Notes: generated by a model from the sequence alone, not told the origin. Positions 29,620 to 39,969 are shown, numbered from the stretch's first letter. The stretch: DNA of 64,000 nucleotides from Gammaproteobacteria bacterium (GCA_029862005.1 JAOTYD010000006.1:69758-133757), one strand, 5' to 3'. Program-made: numbers and translations.

Positions 29620-30273
29620 TTAGAAAAATAAGTTAAATGCCACTGTTAGTTCAATATTGTGGGTCGTTTCCTCGCTGCCGAAGAGGTCCTGCTCGAAGAT
29701 CAAGTCTCGCATTTCAATGTCGAGGCTGAAGCCGTCGGCAAACAAGGTGCGATGCCCTACTGCATAAGCGATGGTAAATCGATCATCGCCCGCAAATTCC
29801 GTGTTACCCACACCCGCAGACAGATAAAGCACAGTATTGAATGTAGTTGAATCGGTTAAAAATGCCTCCCCGGGGAACAGGTTGAATCCAAGGGAAACGA
29901 TGTAGTACTCGACTTCCCGCTCCTCATTGGACAACAGGGGGGCACCGCCACTCAGAATCTCGAAGCTGGTCTTTCCGGAGTCGCCGAGGCCGTAGGAAGC
30001 CTGCACGAAAAAATCTTCAGAAACGTTATAACCAAGCTTGATACCTTTCACGAGATCGGTATCAAAATCCTCGAGCGCCAGGTAACCTACGTAAACAGCG
30101 ATTTCAAAATCGTCTGAATCGATCTGGGATTCATCGAACTCGATACGCTCGATCTGAGGCTCGATCAGACTAGATTGATCCTCTTCATCACTCTGCGCAG
30201 CAACCTGGGTCACCGGCATCATTGCGATCAACCAAGCACTCGCTAGAAAAATACTGCGAAACCGAATTTCCAC
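29620..30273 (-). CDS. outer-membrane beta-barrel (OmpA-like / porin-family barrel domain) protein
   Basis: GTG start with signal peptide (MEIRFRSIFLASAWLIAMMPVTQVAA); amphipathic beta strands ending in ...AFNLFF. Confidence 0.6.
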   Translation of the reverse strand: MEIRFRSIFLASAWLIAMMPVTQVAAQSDEEDQSSLIEPQIERIEFDESQIDSDDFEIAVYVGYLALEDFDTDLVKGIKLGYNVSEDFFVQASYGLGDSGKTSFEILSGGAPLLSNEEREVEYYIVSLGFNLFPGEAFLTDSTTFNTVLYLSAGVGNTEFAGDDRFTIAYAVGHRTLFADGFSLDIEMRDLIFEQDLFGSEETTHNIELTVAFNLFF

Positions 30274-31118
30274 TCGTTTACTACCTCGCTGTTGTCACTG
30301 GTGCCGGATGAAAAAATTACATACTCGTTAGCCTCGAATCGAAACAGAAAACTGCGGCTGACATAGCGTTGCAATCCCAGACCAAATTGCGCAAAGCTAT
30401 TTTTATCGTCTCTTGCTGAAATCAGGATAACACTGGGATCAACCTCAATCTCACCCAATCCAAGAGTGAGATAAGGCGAGTACTTAAAATCCGGAAACGG
30501 CTGCATTACCAGATTTCCCTTGTAGAATGTACTACTCGATTTATCGCCTACTGACTTCCCAAAATGAAACTCACCCGTCAGGTTCTCGGAAAACGAATAT
30601 CCGGTAAACAGAGTAAACACCGGAGCCGATTCAAATTCACCGCCGGTATATCCCAGGATCCACTTGCGCTGGGTAAAATCTTCCAGATCGGACTCGACAA
30701 CCCTGAACTTTTCGCCGGTGAGTAGAAGTGTTTCCCGCATCTGATCACGACTCGCCCACCCGGTCTTGCCTGTGCTGGTTTCGATTCTGAACCAGTCGGT
30801 TTTGCGTCTGATAACACTGACCTCGGTGCCTCGATCAACCACGTAAAAAATCGGGTAGCCTGCGCCTGGGCCGGTATGCAGCTCGATAAAAGGATCAGCG
30901 ATTTTAACCTTGTAATAAACCTTTCCTTCCGCATCAATATTTTTCTCAGGCGCGACTTCACTCTCAGCTGTCCTTTTCGATGCTCCCTCTTCCATTACGG
31001 TAGGTGCTTTTTGTGCCACCAGGATATCTGCGTCGATCGATTGCGACTGTGACGGTCTGGAAGCGACAAATAGCAAAAGAAACAGGCTGGGCAAAAGTAT
31101 CCCCTTGAGACGTTTCAA
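30243..31118 (-). CDS. secreted SH3b-domain protein fused to an outer-membrane beta-barrel domain
   Basis: TTG start with signal peptide. Bacterial SH3-like segment (YYKVKIADPFIELHTGPGAGYPIFYVVDRGTEVSV...WFRIE...GWASRDQM) followed by a barrel ending ...GFAVFF. Confidence 0.6.
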   Translation of the reverse strand: MKRLKGILLPSLFLLLFVASRPSQSQSIDADILVAQKAPTVMEEGASKRTAESEVAPEKNIDAEGKVYYKVKIADPFIELHTGPGAGYPIFYVVDRGTEVSVIRRKTDWFRIETSTGKTGWASRDQMRETLLLTGEKFRVVESDLEDFTQRKWILGYTGGEFESAPVFTLFTGYSFSENLTGEFHFGKSVGDKSSSTFYKGNLVMQPFPDFKYSPYLTLGLGEIEVDPSVILISARDDKNSFAQFGLGLQRYVSRSFLFRFEANEYVIFSSGTSDNSEVVNEWKFGFAVFF

Positions 31119-31149
31119 GTTTATTTTCCCGTGTTATTACAGCCACTAG

Positions 31150-33975
31150 CTAGTTTTGTGGCGCCGCCGGGTCAAAAGGATCATTAAAGTTCTGGGCGCC
31201 TAAATCTATCCACTCTGAGATTAGCTTTAATTCGGCACCTGTCAACATAGTCGTATGATCGACACTGCCCACCGGCAATGCGCGCCCGGCGTCCAGCTCG
31301 GTTCCGGTCATCTTTTCAATGAAAAAGCTGCTGCGGGCACCAGCCGAAGTCATGATCGGAGCGATCGCAGCTGCCGGGTCGGGAATTGTACCGCCGATGC
31401 CGTCGGGCACAGTAAACTGCTCGAGCATACCCCCCGCATTGATGAACTGGCCCTGCCTGGTGTTAAACATTTGTTGATAAGACCTGAAACGATCGTTCGG
31501 GTCCTGGTTGGGATCGGTGGTCAAATCGAGCTGCCCATAGGGTAGGCGTGTACCGTTGTTAGTGGTGTGACAGCTAATACAGGTATCGTCACCGACGCCA
31601 TCGGCCACCGCCACTGACACCAGTGGCGTATTGGTCGGGTCGTTGTTTGGTGGATTGACCGGATCCATCGGCGTAATGGCGTCAACAGCGCCGCGATTAA
31701 GCTGGAAAATCGCGTGAATATGGGGTGGATAATGGATTGCCACACGGCAATTGTAGAGCCAGTTGGGAGCGCAAAAGGTATTAGTCGGCCTCAACATGCC
31801 GGGGCTCAGATCGGCATAAAGATAATCGATATCCGGGTCTGGAGTGCTTATGCCGGGATCGGTCCAGTAATCTCGGTATATCAGGTCAGCGCTGAGCTTC
31901 GGTTGATTGGCGACCGCAAGGCTATCGAAACGTACCTCCGCCATGGTTTGCCCGGGAGTACCCATGTAAGGACTAGCTGGCATCGAGCCTGGAATCAAAG
32001 TATTGACGAATATCCCACCAGCCGGCAGACCGCTATTGATCGATGGCGCCTCGCCATCGCTGCGCGCATGAATTTCGGGCGGACTACCGCCATTGTTGAC
32101 GTCATGACAACCGACGCAGGTTAGCATATCTCCCGGTTGCACCTGGAACCAGTTCTCATGCGACGGGCCAATCCTGCGACCTTCACCATCGAGCACCTCG
32201 ACCGCTAACGGGACATAGGCCGGAACTTTGACCTTGACCGAACCGTCGGGTTCGACCGGCGCGTAGCCGACGATCTCGCGCATACCCCGATTACGTTGCG
32301 GTCCAAACGCATTGCCATCAAGGTCCGGTGGGTTGACCAGCGTCGGGTCATCGGGATCGGGTATTCCGACCGACTTTACGAAACGCACGAAACGGGCGGG
32401 ACGATCGACTGCGGCGGAATTCACCGGATCGGCAAAATCCTGTACCGAGGTAATGCCGAGGCCAGCGGGCGCGCATTCGGTAAAGAAACAACCGTTAAAC
32501 GCGGGATCGCTCAAATCGTAAACGCTTTTGATATTGACCACGCCAACGACTTCGGTCTCCCAGCCAGGATCAAGCTCACCGAGCAGGCTCTTGTCGAAGA
32601 TAACCGGCGCCCGGGTTCTGTTCTCGAGCGCAATGACGTCGGTGATAACCCTGCCCGCTTCCGCCAACACGATGGGTTTCTGGGTATCGACGTCCATATC
32701 GTAAATCCAGATCGAGTAAGAGGGCGACCTTTCCACGGCCGCTGGATCATTCACATATTCATCAAGACAGGGCCTTATTACACCATTGACGTCCACCTGG
32801 CAGGTGGATTTACTGACCAGCATGCGATTCGATCCATCCCATAACGGGTAAACCGTGGCATAGCGGCCGTTGGCTGAGATCGAACCATCGTTGGTGACAT
32901 TGGAGACGGTGGCATCACGCTGCGCCGGACCGGGCATGCCCGCCAGTGACCAGAGCGGCTTATTGATATCCACAAAGCGATCGACGCTGATAACCTCAAC
33001 ATTGCCGCCGTCGAAGGTTCCGTCAAACGGCTTGGTGATTACCATCAAGTCACCGTTTTCCATTTCGCGAAAATTGGTAAAGTGGATTTCTGCGCCGCCG
33101 GTGCCGGTATTGTGACTTTGCGATCCATATAGAATCTGCAAATCGCTGCCGTCCGGATTGACGGTGTATAAATTGATTTCGTCATTGCCGCCGGCATTGT
33201 CCCAACGACTGAATACTATTTTTCCACCCTTGAAACTGGTAAATACCTGCGGGTAAAGATCGTGGCTCTGGTTGAAGGAAATCTGCTTGATTTCGGTGCC
33301 GTCGGCATTCATGACGTGCAGCACCAAAGCCTGAACACCCTCGTCTTCGTCGAGTGCGGAAAATCTCGGCTTGCCTTCGTTGATCAGCATTTCGCGAGAC
33401 TGGCGCTGACGATTCGAGGAAAATACGATACGGCCATCGGGCAGGTAGCTGGGGAAAAGATCATCACCCTCCTCGGCAATCAGAGCGGTGGAGATAACTC
33501 GACGAAGTTGACTCGTGGTTAAATCGTATTCGTAAACATTCCAGCTGGGGAACGGGGGATTGTTCGGGTCGGGGTCGAACAGGCGCAGTGAAAAAACCAG
33601 CTTGGTGCCATCGTGGCTGGCGCTCAAGCCCTTGACGTCGCCGATACCGGTGGTAACGGAGCTCGTGATATTAATCTCGTTGTCGTTACTCCGCAGATAA
33701 ACATCGCCGCCGGAACTGAACAGCCTCGGCTCGCGCACATCGACCTGAACCTCGTCGCCCATGTCGTCTACCGGAATCGGACGCTTGACGTAAGCAATCG
33801 GGATTTCGATGATGCCGGGATCGATTCCTTCGCCTGAGTCGGATCCGGGATCACATGCGCTCAGGGCGACGACTGCGGTGCATATTACAGCTAATCCTAA
33901 CCAGTGAAACTGGAATTCCATCAACTGCCTGGATCTCGTCAGAATGCGTGTATATAAGGCTGTCGTATGTTTCAT
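31150..33975 (-). CDS. lipoprotein with TolB-like PD40 beta-propeller and a C-terminal di-heme c-type cytochrome-like region
   Basis: Lipobox VALSAC. PD40-like repeats (DGTKLVFS, DGRIVFSSNR, KIVFSRWDNAGG). Two CxxCH modules: CVGCHDVNNGG at 32104-32118 and CISCHTTNNGT at 31567-31581. RBS AAGGA. Confidence 0.7.
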   Translation of the reverse strand: MKHTTALYTRILTRSRQLMEFQFHWLGLAVICTAVVALSACDPGSDSGEGIDPGIIEIPIAYVKRPIPVDDMGDEVQVDVREPRLFSSGGDVYLRSNDNEINITSSVTTGIGDVKGLSASHDGTKLVFSLRLFDPDPNNPPFPSWNVYEYDLTTSQLRRVISTALIAEEGDDLFPSYLPDGRIVFSSNRQRQSREMLINEGKPRFSALDEDEGVQALVLHVMNADGTEIKQISFNQSHDLYPQVFTSFKGGKIVFSRWDNAGGNDEINLYTVNPDGSDLQILYGSQSHNTGTGGAEIHFTNFREMENGDLMVITKPFDGTFDGGNVEVISVDRFVDINKPLWSLAGMPGPAQRDATVSNVTNDGSISANGRYATVYPLWDGSNRMLVSKSTCQVDVNGVIRPCLDEYVNDPAAVERSPSYSIWIYDMDVDTQKPIVLAEAGRVITDVIALENRTRAPVIFDKSLLGELDPGWETEVVGVVNIKSVYDLSDPAFNGCFFTECAPAGLGITSVQDFADPVNSAAVDRPARFVRFVKSVGIPDPDDPTLVNPPDLDGNAFGPQRNRGMREIVGYAPVEPDGSVKVKVPAYVPLAVEVLDGEGRRIGPSHENWFQVQPGDMLTCVGCHDVNNGGSPPEIHARSDGEAPSINSGLPAGGIFVNTLIPGSMPASPYMGTPGQTMAEVRFDSLAVANQPKLSADLIYRDYWTDPGISTPDPDIDYLYADLSPGMLRPTNTFCAPNWLYNCRVAIHYPPHIHAIFQLNRGAVDAITPMDPVNPPNNDPTNTPLVSVAVADGVGDDTCISCHTTNNGTRLPYGQLDLTTDPNQDPNDRFRSYQQMFNTRQGQFINAGGMLEQFTVPDGIGGTIPDPAAAIAPIMTSAGARSSFFIEKMTGTELDAGRALPVGSVDHTTMLTGAELKLISEWIDLGAQNFNDPFDPAAPQN

Positions 33976-34321
33976 CTATTTCCTTAAAGTTGGTACCCGG
34001 TGGAGCGCCCTATGTCATTAATTTTATAGTTTATCTTCGAACTTATATAACCCGCTGCCGAATTCTGACCAGATGTACTTATTTCCTTACGAACGGTATA
34101 CGTGAGAGCGAGCCAGTCTCGTAAAATAGGGTATTAGGTTTAATACGCAAACAGTATTTACGAGTTAACAGCTCTGAGCTTAACAGCATAAATAAAATGG
34201 TCAGGTGTAATTGAGGTTTTTGTGACTTAATTAACGCAGTTTATCCATTTGACGTTAACTCGTTGTGCTAGGTTTAAACCTTCGGCTTTGAGCCCGCGCA
34301 ACAGCGGTTGATAAGGAAATA

Positions 34322-35635
34322 ATGGGGATACTGATGGGAAAGAACAACAAAATATCGCTGCCGTTGTTAATCATGGTGGCACTGACAAGCCAGCCGCTCT
34401 GGGCCGATGCCCAGGATAGAGCGCAGGCCAAAAGAATTCATGATCGGCTCGTTGGCGTTACCGCTACTAACGCGACGATAGACGCCATGGAAGCACTGCT
34501 GATCAGTGATCCTACCGGTAAAACCGCCGCTGAATACGCGATCGACACCGCGCAAAATCCCAATGCACGATTCTTCTACAACGTAACCCTGAAGAATTTC
34601 GCCGCGCCCTGGACCAACGAAGAGCAGACGGTATTCACCCCGCTAAACGATTATTCGGCGACCGTGATCGGCCTGATACGCGATGGCGGCGATTTCAGGC
34701 AAATATTGCACGGCGACATCATCTATCGCGGTGATCCGGGCCTCGGCATCGCGGCTTACTCGAATAGCAACAACAACCACTATGAACAACTGGAAGCGCT
34801 TGGTCCCACTACTGGTGACCTCGCCAACCCGAATATCCTCGAGGGTAGCGTAACCCAGCCGGGCATAACCCAGAGCTCGGTGACAGGCCTGGCCAGTGGT
34901 GCCACCGCCGGTGTGATGACCACGCGCGCGGGCGCAATGGCGTTTTTCTCCGCAGGCACCAACCGCGCCATGTTCCGCTTCACGCTAATGAATCACCTGT
35001 GCACCGATCTCGAACCGCTCAAGGATGTCTCGCGCTCCCCCGACAAGGTTCGCCGCGATGTATCGCGCAGCCCAGGCGGCGATAGCCGTCTCTACATGAA
35101 TGGCTGTGTCGGCTGCCACGCCGGCATGGACGGCATGGCGGGCGCGTTCGCCTTCTACGAGTGGGATAGTGCCGCCGGCCGTATGCTGTACCAGGACATC
35201 GGCAGCCCGCTTTTCGACCCCGCCACCGGCGTATCGCTCAAGCACAACATTAACGGGAATAACTTCGAGTACGGTCACATCACCGAGGATGACAGCTGGA
35301 TCAACTACTGGCGCAACGGTCCCAACTCGAAGCTCGGACTCCGGCCCGCCGATGACGGCCCGAATGCTACCGGTTGGGGACCGCTCATCAATCCCGATGC
35401 CAATGGCAATGAAACCGGTAACGGGGCGAAATCTCTTGGCATCGAAATGTCCAATAGTAAAGCCTTCGCCCAGTGCCAGGTAGACAAGGCATTCAAGTCG
35501 ATCTGCCTGCGTGATCCCAATAATTTCGCCGCGGACCGCAGCGCACGCGACGGATTTGTTTCCAACTTGGTCGGCAGCGGATACGACATGCGCGAAGTCT
35601 TCACCGACGTCGCCGCATACTGCAAAGGGAGTTGA
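34322..35635 (+). CDS. secreted mono-heme c-type cytochrome-like protein
   Basis: Signal peptide; one CxxCH (CVGCH at 35105-35119); SGAT motif at 34895-34906. RBS AAGGA. Confidence 0.62.
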   Translation: MGILMGKNNKISLPLLIMVALTSQPLWADAQDRAQAKRIHDRLVGVTATNATIDAMEALLISDPTGKTAAEYAIDTAQNPNARFFYNVTLKNFAAPWTNEEQTVFTPLNDYSATVIGLIRDGGDFRQILHGDIIYRGDPGLGIAAYSNSNNNHYEQLEALGPTTGDLANPNILEGSVTQPGITQSSVTGLASGATAGVMTTRAGAMAFFSAGTNRAMFRFTLMNHLCTDLEPLKDVSRSPDKVRRDVSRSPGGDSRLYMNGCVGCHAGMDGMAGAFAFYEWDSAAGRMLYQDIGSPLFDPATGVSLKHNINGNNFEYGHITEDDSWINYWRNGPNSKLGLRPADDGPNATGWGPLINPDANGNETGNGAKSLGIEMSNSKAFAQCQVDKAFKSICLRDPNNFAADRSARDGFVSNLVGSGYDMREVFTDVAAYCKGS

Positions 35636-35637
35636 AT

Positions 35638-38304
35638 ATGAATAAAAATCACCCTTTTATTAAGATCATTTCACTCCTTGCACTGGGCGCGATGATGGCG
35701 GCCTGTGACAGTGGCGGCGTTGGCACCACGGCTAACCAGAACCTGGGTAACACGGCTAACAATTTCGCCTACACCGGTCCGGCCGCGCGCGACATCGCCG
35801 TCAGTAATTTCCAGTACTACCTATGGCGGAACGTGACCGACGTAACCCGCTGCGGCGGCTGTCATAACTCAGAAGCCAGCGCGCCGGTTACCCCGTTATT
35901 CTTCGATACCTCCAATGTTAACGTAGCTTACGACGCGACTGTGGCCAGGGATCCGTCACTTTTACCCGCGAATCTACCGACGATGAATCCGTTGAACGCG
36001 GTATTTGTCGACAAGCTCAACAATAATCACTTTTGCTGGGAGACCAATCCCGCGATCTGCGCCACGCTGATAGCTGGTTGGATCGACGACTGGAAAAATG
36101 CGGCCAATGGCGGCGCTGGGGCGCGCCAGATCAATCTGACTGCACCGGCCAGCATCAGGGACCCGGGCGACTCCAAGTCGTTTCCCGCCACCGCGACCAC
36201 TGTCGGCACCAACGGCACCAGTTTCGCCGATACCGTGTACGAGCTGCTGGTTGGCAGCAACCCGGTAATTGCCGACAATAACTGCCAGAACTGCCACAAT
36301 GAAGTTGGCCCAATATTGCCGCAGGCGCCGTTTTTTGCCCACACCGATGTCGATGTAGCTTACGAGGCCGCCAAGTCAAAAATGGACATCGATACACCCG
36401 CTAATTCGCGATTGGCCGTGCGCCTGTTCGAGCAGCACAACTGCTGGAGCACCTGTGGCCCCGACGAAACGCTGATGGTGCAGAGGATCACGGATTTTGC
36501 CGATGGCATTGCGGTTTCGTCGATCGACCCCACCCTGGTCACCAGTAAGGCACTGACCCTGGGCGAAGGTATTATCGCCTCCGGTGGCAATCGCCATGAA
36601 ACCGATCAATTCGCCATCTGGGAATTCAAAACCGGCACTGGTCTGACCGCTTACGACACCAGCGGTGTCGGCGCCTCGATCAACCTGTCACTGATCGGCA
36701 GCGTCAACTGGGTTGGCGGCTATGGTCTCGAATTCACTGGTGGACGGGCACAGGCCGATACTATCAGCAGCGATAAAATCTTTACCTATCTTCAGGATAC
36801 CGGTGAATATGCCATCGAAGCCTGGGTCATCCCGGCCAACGTCACCCAGGAAGACGCCAATATCGTCAGTTACTCCGGTGGTGACCTCGCGCGCAATTTC
36901 ACGCTGGGCCAGGATATGTACAACTACGAGTCTTACAACCGGATTGACTCGGTTATTCCTGCACCGAACGGCGAACCCGTTATGTCTACCGGGGAAGACG
37001 ACGAGGAGCTGGCGCAAGCCAGCTTGCAGCATGTCGTGATCAACTATGATCCCCTCGATCGCCTTGGCAATGGCGCTGGCCGCAGCATTTACGTCAACGG
37101 CCAGCTGGTCAATAACCTGACTGACACCGCGGCGGGATTACCGATCACAAACGTCTGGGACGATACTTTCGCATTCATCCTCGGCAACGAAATCTCAGGA
37201 AACCGCCCGTGGATGGGACAGGTCAAAATGGTTGCGCTACACAACAGGGCACTAGCCCAACCAGAGATTCAGCAGAACTTCGACCTCGGCGTCGGCCAGA
37301 AATTCCTGCTGCTATTCTATGTCGGTCATCACCTCGGTGAAATCGGCAACCCCAACAGCTTTATCATGTTCGAGGTGGCCCAGTTCGACAGCTACAGTTA
37401 CCTGTTCAACAAGCCCACGTTCGTCACCCTTGATGGCAGTGCCCCGAGTTCAGACATTGATATTAAAGGCCTGCGTATCGGCATCAACGGCAAAGAGGCG
37501 CTCGCAGGCCAGGCTTATGCCAACCTCGACACCAGCGTCATCGCCGCCACCTACGACCCGGCGACCGGCCAGGAACTGTCTTCTAAGGGTACTATTATTT
37601 CGCTCGAAAAAGGCTCCGACAGCGACGAGTTCTTCCTGACTTTCGAGGATTTCAACGGCTTCACCAAGGCCTTTAGTGATATCGTTCCGACAGTAGCTGC
37701 CGATCCGGGCGATCCGGTCAACCCGCTTGAGGCCGACATCGGCGTGCGCACCTTCCAGGAGATCAATGTGACCATCGCCGAGATTACCGGCGTGCCTGTC
37801 ACCAACACGGCAGTCGCAACGGTTTACAACGACTACATCCAGCAGTTGCCGACGATAGAGGCGATCGAAGCCTTCCTGCCCTCGCACCAGATGGCGATCG
37901 CGCAACTCGCGTTGACTTCCTGTAGCGAACTGGTCGAAGGCAACGGTTCGATACCCAGGGCGACCTACTTCCCTGGATTCAATTTCGGCACCAACGCGCA
38001 AACCGCTTTCGATACCCAGGCCGAGCGAGATGCGATTATCGATCCGCTGCTAAGCGCGGCGATGAACGTCGACCAGGCCACGCCTGCGAATAATCTCATC
38101 ACGCAACCAGTGGAACTGGAAGTCGCTGACTTGCTGAGTTCTCCGGCCGCGCAGGATCTTGATCCCGCACTCACCGGCGACTCGTATGACAGTCTGATAA
38201 CAGAAATGTTATCCGATCTCGTAAACACGCCAGCACGCACCGAGCAAATCGTGAAAGCCGTCTGCGCCGTCGCCACTGGTGGCGCGGTAATGCTAGTACA
38301 ATAG
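35638..38304 (+). CDS. lipoprotein with two cytochrome-c-like CxxCH modules and a LamG/concanavalin-like domain
   Basis: Lipobox LGAMMAAC. CGGCH at 35851-35865 and CQNCH at 36283-36297 lie in an internally duplicated module (...P..FF...V.VAY). Jellyroll/LamG-like middle region. RBS AGGGAG. Confidence 0.68.
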   Translation: MNKNHPFIKIISLLALGAMMAACDSGGVGTTANQNLGNTANNFAYTGPAARDIAVSNFQYYLWRNVTDVTRCGGCHNSEASAPVTPLFFDTSNVNVAYDATVARDPSLLPANLPTMNPLNAVFVDKLNNNHFCWETNPAICATLIAGWIDDWKNAANGGAGARQINLTAPASIRDPGDSKSFPATATTVGTNGTSFADTVYELLVGSNPVIADNNCQNCHNEVGPILPQAPFFAHTDVDVAYEAAKSKMDIDTPANSRLAVRLFEQHNCWSTCGPDETLMVQRITDFADGIAVSSIDPTLVTSKALTLGEGIIASGGNRHETDQFAIWEFKTGTGLTAYDTSGVGASINLSLIGSVNWVGGYGLEFTGGRAQADTISSDKIFTYLQDTGEYAIEAWVIPANVTQEDANIVSYSGGDLARNFTLGQDMYNYESYNRIDSVIPAPNGEPVMSTGEDDEELAQASLQHVVINYDPLDRLGNGAGRSIYVNGQLVNNLTDTAAGLPITNVWDDTFAFILGNEISGNRPWMGQVKMVALHNRALAQPEIQQNFDLGVGQKFLLLFYVGHHLGEIGNPNSFIMFEVAQFDSYSYLFNKPTFVTLDGSAPSSDIDIKGLRIGINGKEALAGQAYANLDTSVIAATYDPATGQELSSKGTIISLEKGSDSDEFFLTFEDFNGFTKAFSDIVPTVAADPGDPVNPLEADIGVRTFQEINVTIAEITGVPVTNTAVATVYNDYIQQLPTIEAIEAFLPSHQMAIAQLALTSCSELVEGNGSIPRATYFPGFNFGTNAQTAFDTQAERDAIIDPLLSAAMNVDQATPANNLITQPVELEVADLLSSPAAQDLDPALTGDSYDSLITEMLSDLVNTPARTEQIVKAVCAVATGGAVMLVQ

Positions 38305-38316
38305 GATTCGAATATC

Positions 38317-39945
38317 ATGGCCAGATTTAAAAAGAACCAGTACATCCCCCCCCAGGCACCGTTGTTGTACGAAGACCACGGACGTCCTGTCACCCGACGG
38401 CAGTTTATTCGCCAGGGCATGATGACCGGCTCGGCTACCGTGCTTTCGGCCGGCGCCTTCGGTATGTTTGCGAATCCGAACATGGCGCGTGCAGCGGTCG
38501 CACCCGATCTTGACGCCCTCGCGACCGATATCGGCTGTATCCTGGGCGGTGTCGGCGCCGGTCAAAGCGTACCCTTTATCGCCTTTGACCTGGCCGGGGG
38601 TGCTAATTTTGCTGGCTCCAACGTGCTGGTCGGCCAGGGCGGCGGACAGATGGATCTGCTGTCCACGGCCGGTTACAGCAAACTCGGTCTGCCGGGCGAT
38701 ATGCTGCCCGGACAGGACAGCACCGGCGTAACCCTGTTAAATACCAGCGCCAACAACGATTTCACCAATAATGATCTCAATCTCGTATTTCATGCGGATA
38801 GCCCGATGCTGTTCGGCATTCTCGAGAAAGCCAGCACGGCAATCGGCAATGTCGATGGCGCCGTGATCCCGGCACGCTCGGACAACGACACCGGCAACAA
38901 TCCGCATAACCCGCTCTACCCGCTGGCGATGGCCGGTGCGCGCGGCAGTGTGGTCGACCTGATTGGTTCGCGCAGTAGCGTCTCGGGCGGCAACTCGATG
39001 GCGCCGGCGATGTATATCGATCCCAATTTCCAACCCACCAAGGTAGATCGTCCCAGCGATGTCACCGGGCTTGTGGATGTCGGCGATCTGACCACAATCC
39101 TGGGTCCGGACGATGTCACCGCGGTGATGGAATCCATTACCCGGATAACCCACAAAAAACTCAAGCTGGGTACCATCGACACCGGGCTGACCAACGACGA
39201 CGTGGTCAAGGACCTGGTACGCTGTGGCTACCTCAAGGCCTCCGACATCGCCGACCGCTTTGCCGGCGTCGAAGTCGATCCGACACTCGATACCAACATT
39301 GCTGGTCCGATCTTTTCGGCAACCGAACTGGCCAACGATGGTGAGTTCAGAAAAACCGCCTCGGTCATGAAAATGGTCATGAATGGCTATGCCGCAGGCG
39401 GCTGCATCACCATGGGTGGCTATGATTACCACACCGGTGACCGGCGCGTCGGTGAAAATCGCGATTTGCGGGCCGGGCGCTGCATCGGCGCCTGCCTCGA
39501 ATATGCGCGCCTGCTGGCGTCTCCGCTAATGATTTACGTGTTTAGCGACGGTTCGGTGGCCAGTAACGGTAACACCGACGATACCGCGTCTGCCGGTGCT
39601 GGTGAGAACCTGGTACTCGGTGGCGGCGGCAAGGGCGAATGGACTGGCGATAATTCCTCGACCGCCTGTTCCTTTTTCCTGGTGTTCGACCCGACAGCCG
39701 CACCTACGCTGGTCGGCACACGCCAGATCGGACGTATGAACGCAGGCGCTTCCGTGGTCACCTCGGCCACGCCCGCGGCAAATAACGTCAACCTGCTGGT
39801 TAATATGGTCATACTTAACTATATGGCCGTGAACGGGCAGGTGTCGCCCGGAAATACAACCGCCTTCACCAATATTTTTCCGAATCACGGCCTGGGTAAT
39901 CAGGCAAACCTGGACAGCTTTATTTCGTTTGGTTCTTTGGTGTAA
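38317..39945 (+). CDS. Tat-signal secreted protein of unknown function (possibly DUF1501 / sulfatase-superfamily-like)
   Basis: Twin-arginine motif TRRQFIRQG plus an h-region. 542 aa. Tightly coupled to the preceding heme lipoprotein. Confidence 0.6.
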   Translation: MARFKKNQYIPPQAPLLYEDHGRPVTRRQFIRQGMMTGSATVLSAGAFGMFANPNMARAAVAPDLDALATDIGCILGGVGAGQSVPFIAFDLAGGANFAGSNVLVGQGGGQMDLLSTAGYSKLGLPGDMLPGQDSTGVTLLNTSANNDFTNNDLNLVFHADSPMLFGILEKASTAIGNVDGAVIPARSDNDTGNNPHNPLYPLAMAGARGSVVDLIGSRSSVSGGNSMAPAMYIDPNFQPTKVDRPSDVTGLVDVGDLTTILGPDDVTAVMESITRITHKKLKLGTIDTGLTNDDVVKDLVRCGYLKASDIADRFAGVEVDPTLDTNIAGPIFSATELANDGEFRKTASVMKMVMNGYAAGGCITMGGYDYHTGDRRVGENRDLRAGRCIGACLEYARLLASPLMIYVFSDGSVASNGNTDDTASAGAGENLVLGGGGKGEWTGDNSSTACSFFLVFDPTAAPTLVGTRQIGRMNAGASVVTSATPAANNVNLLVNMVILNYMAVNGQVSPGNTTAFTNIFPNHGLGNQANLDSFISFGSLV

Positions 39946-39969
39946 GCTAACCTTTTTGGTGCACTTTAC

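Noticed and set aside
35974-39432. Multiple 75-230 aa ORFs on the opposite strand within the heme lipoprotein and Tat protein genes
   Set aside because: They are antisense frames of high-GC coding DNA. The sense-strand genes have signal peptides, motifs and RBSs.
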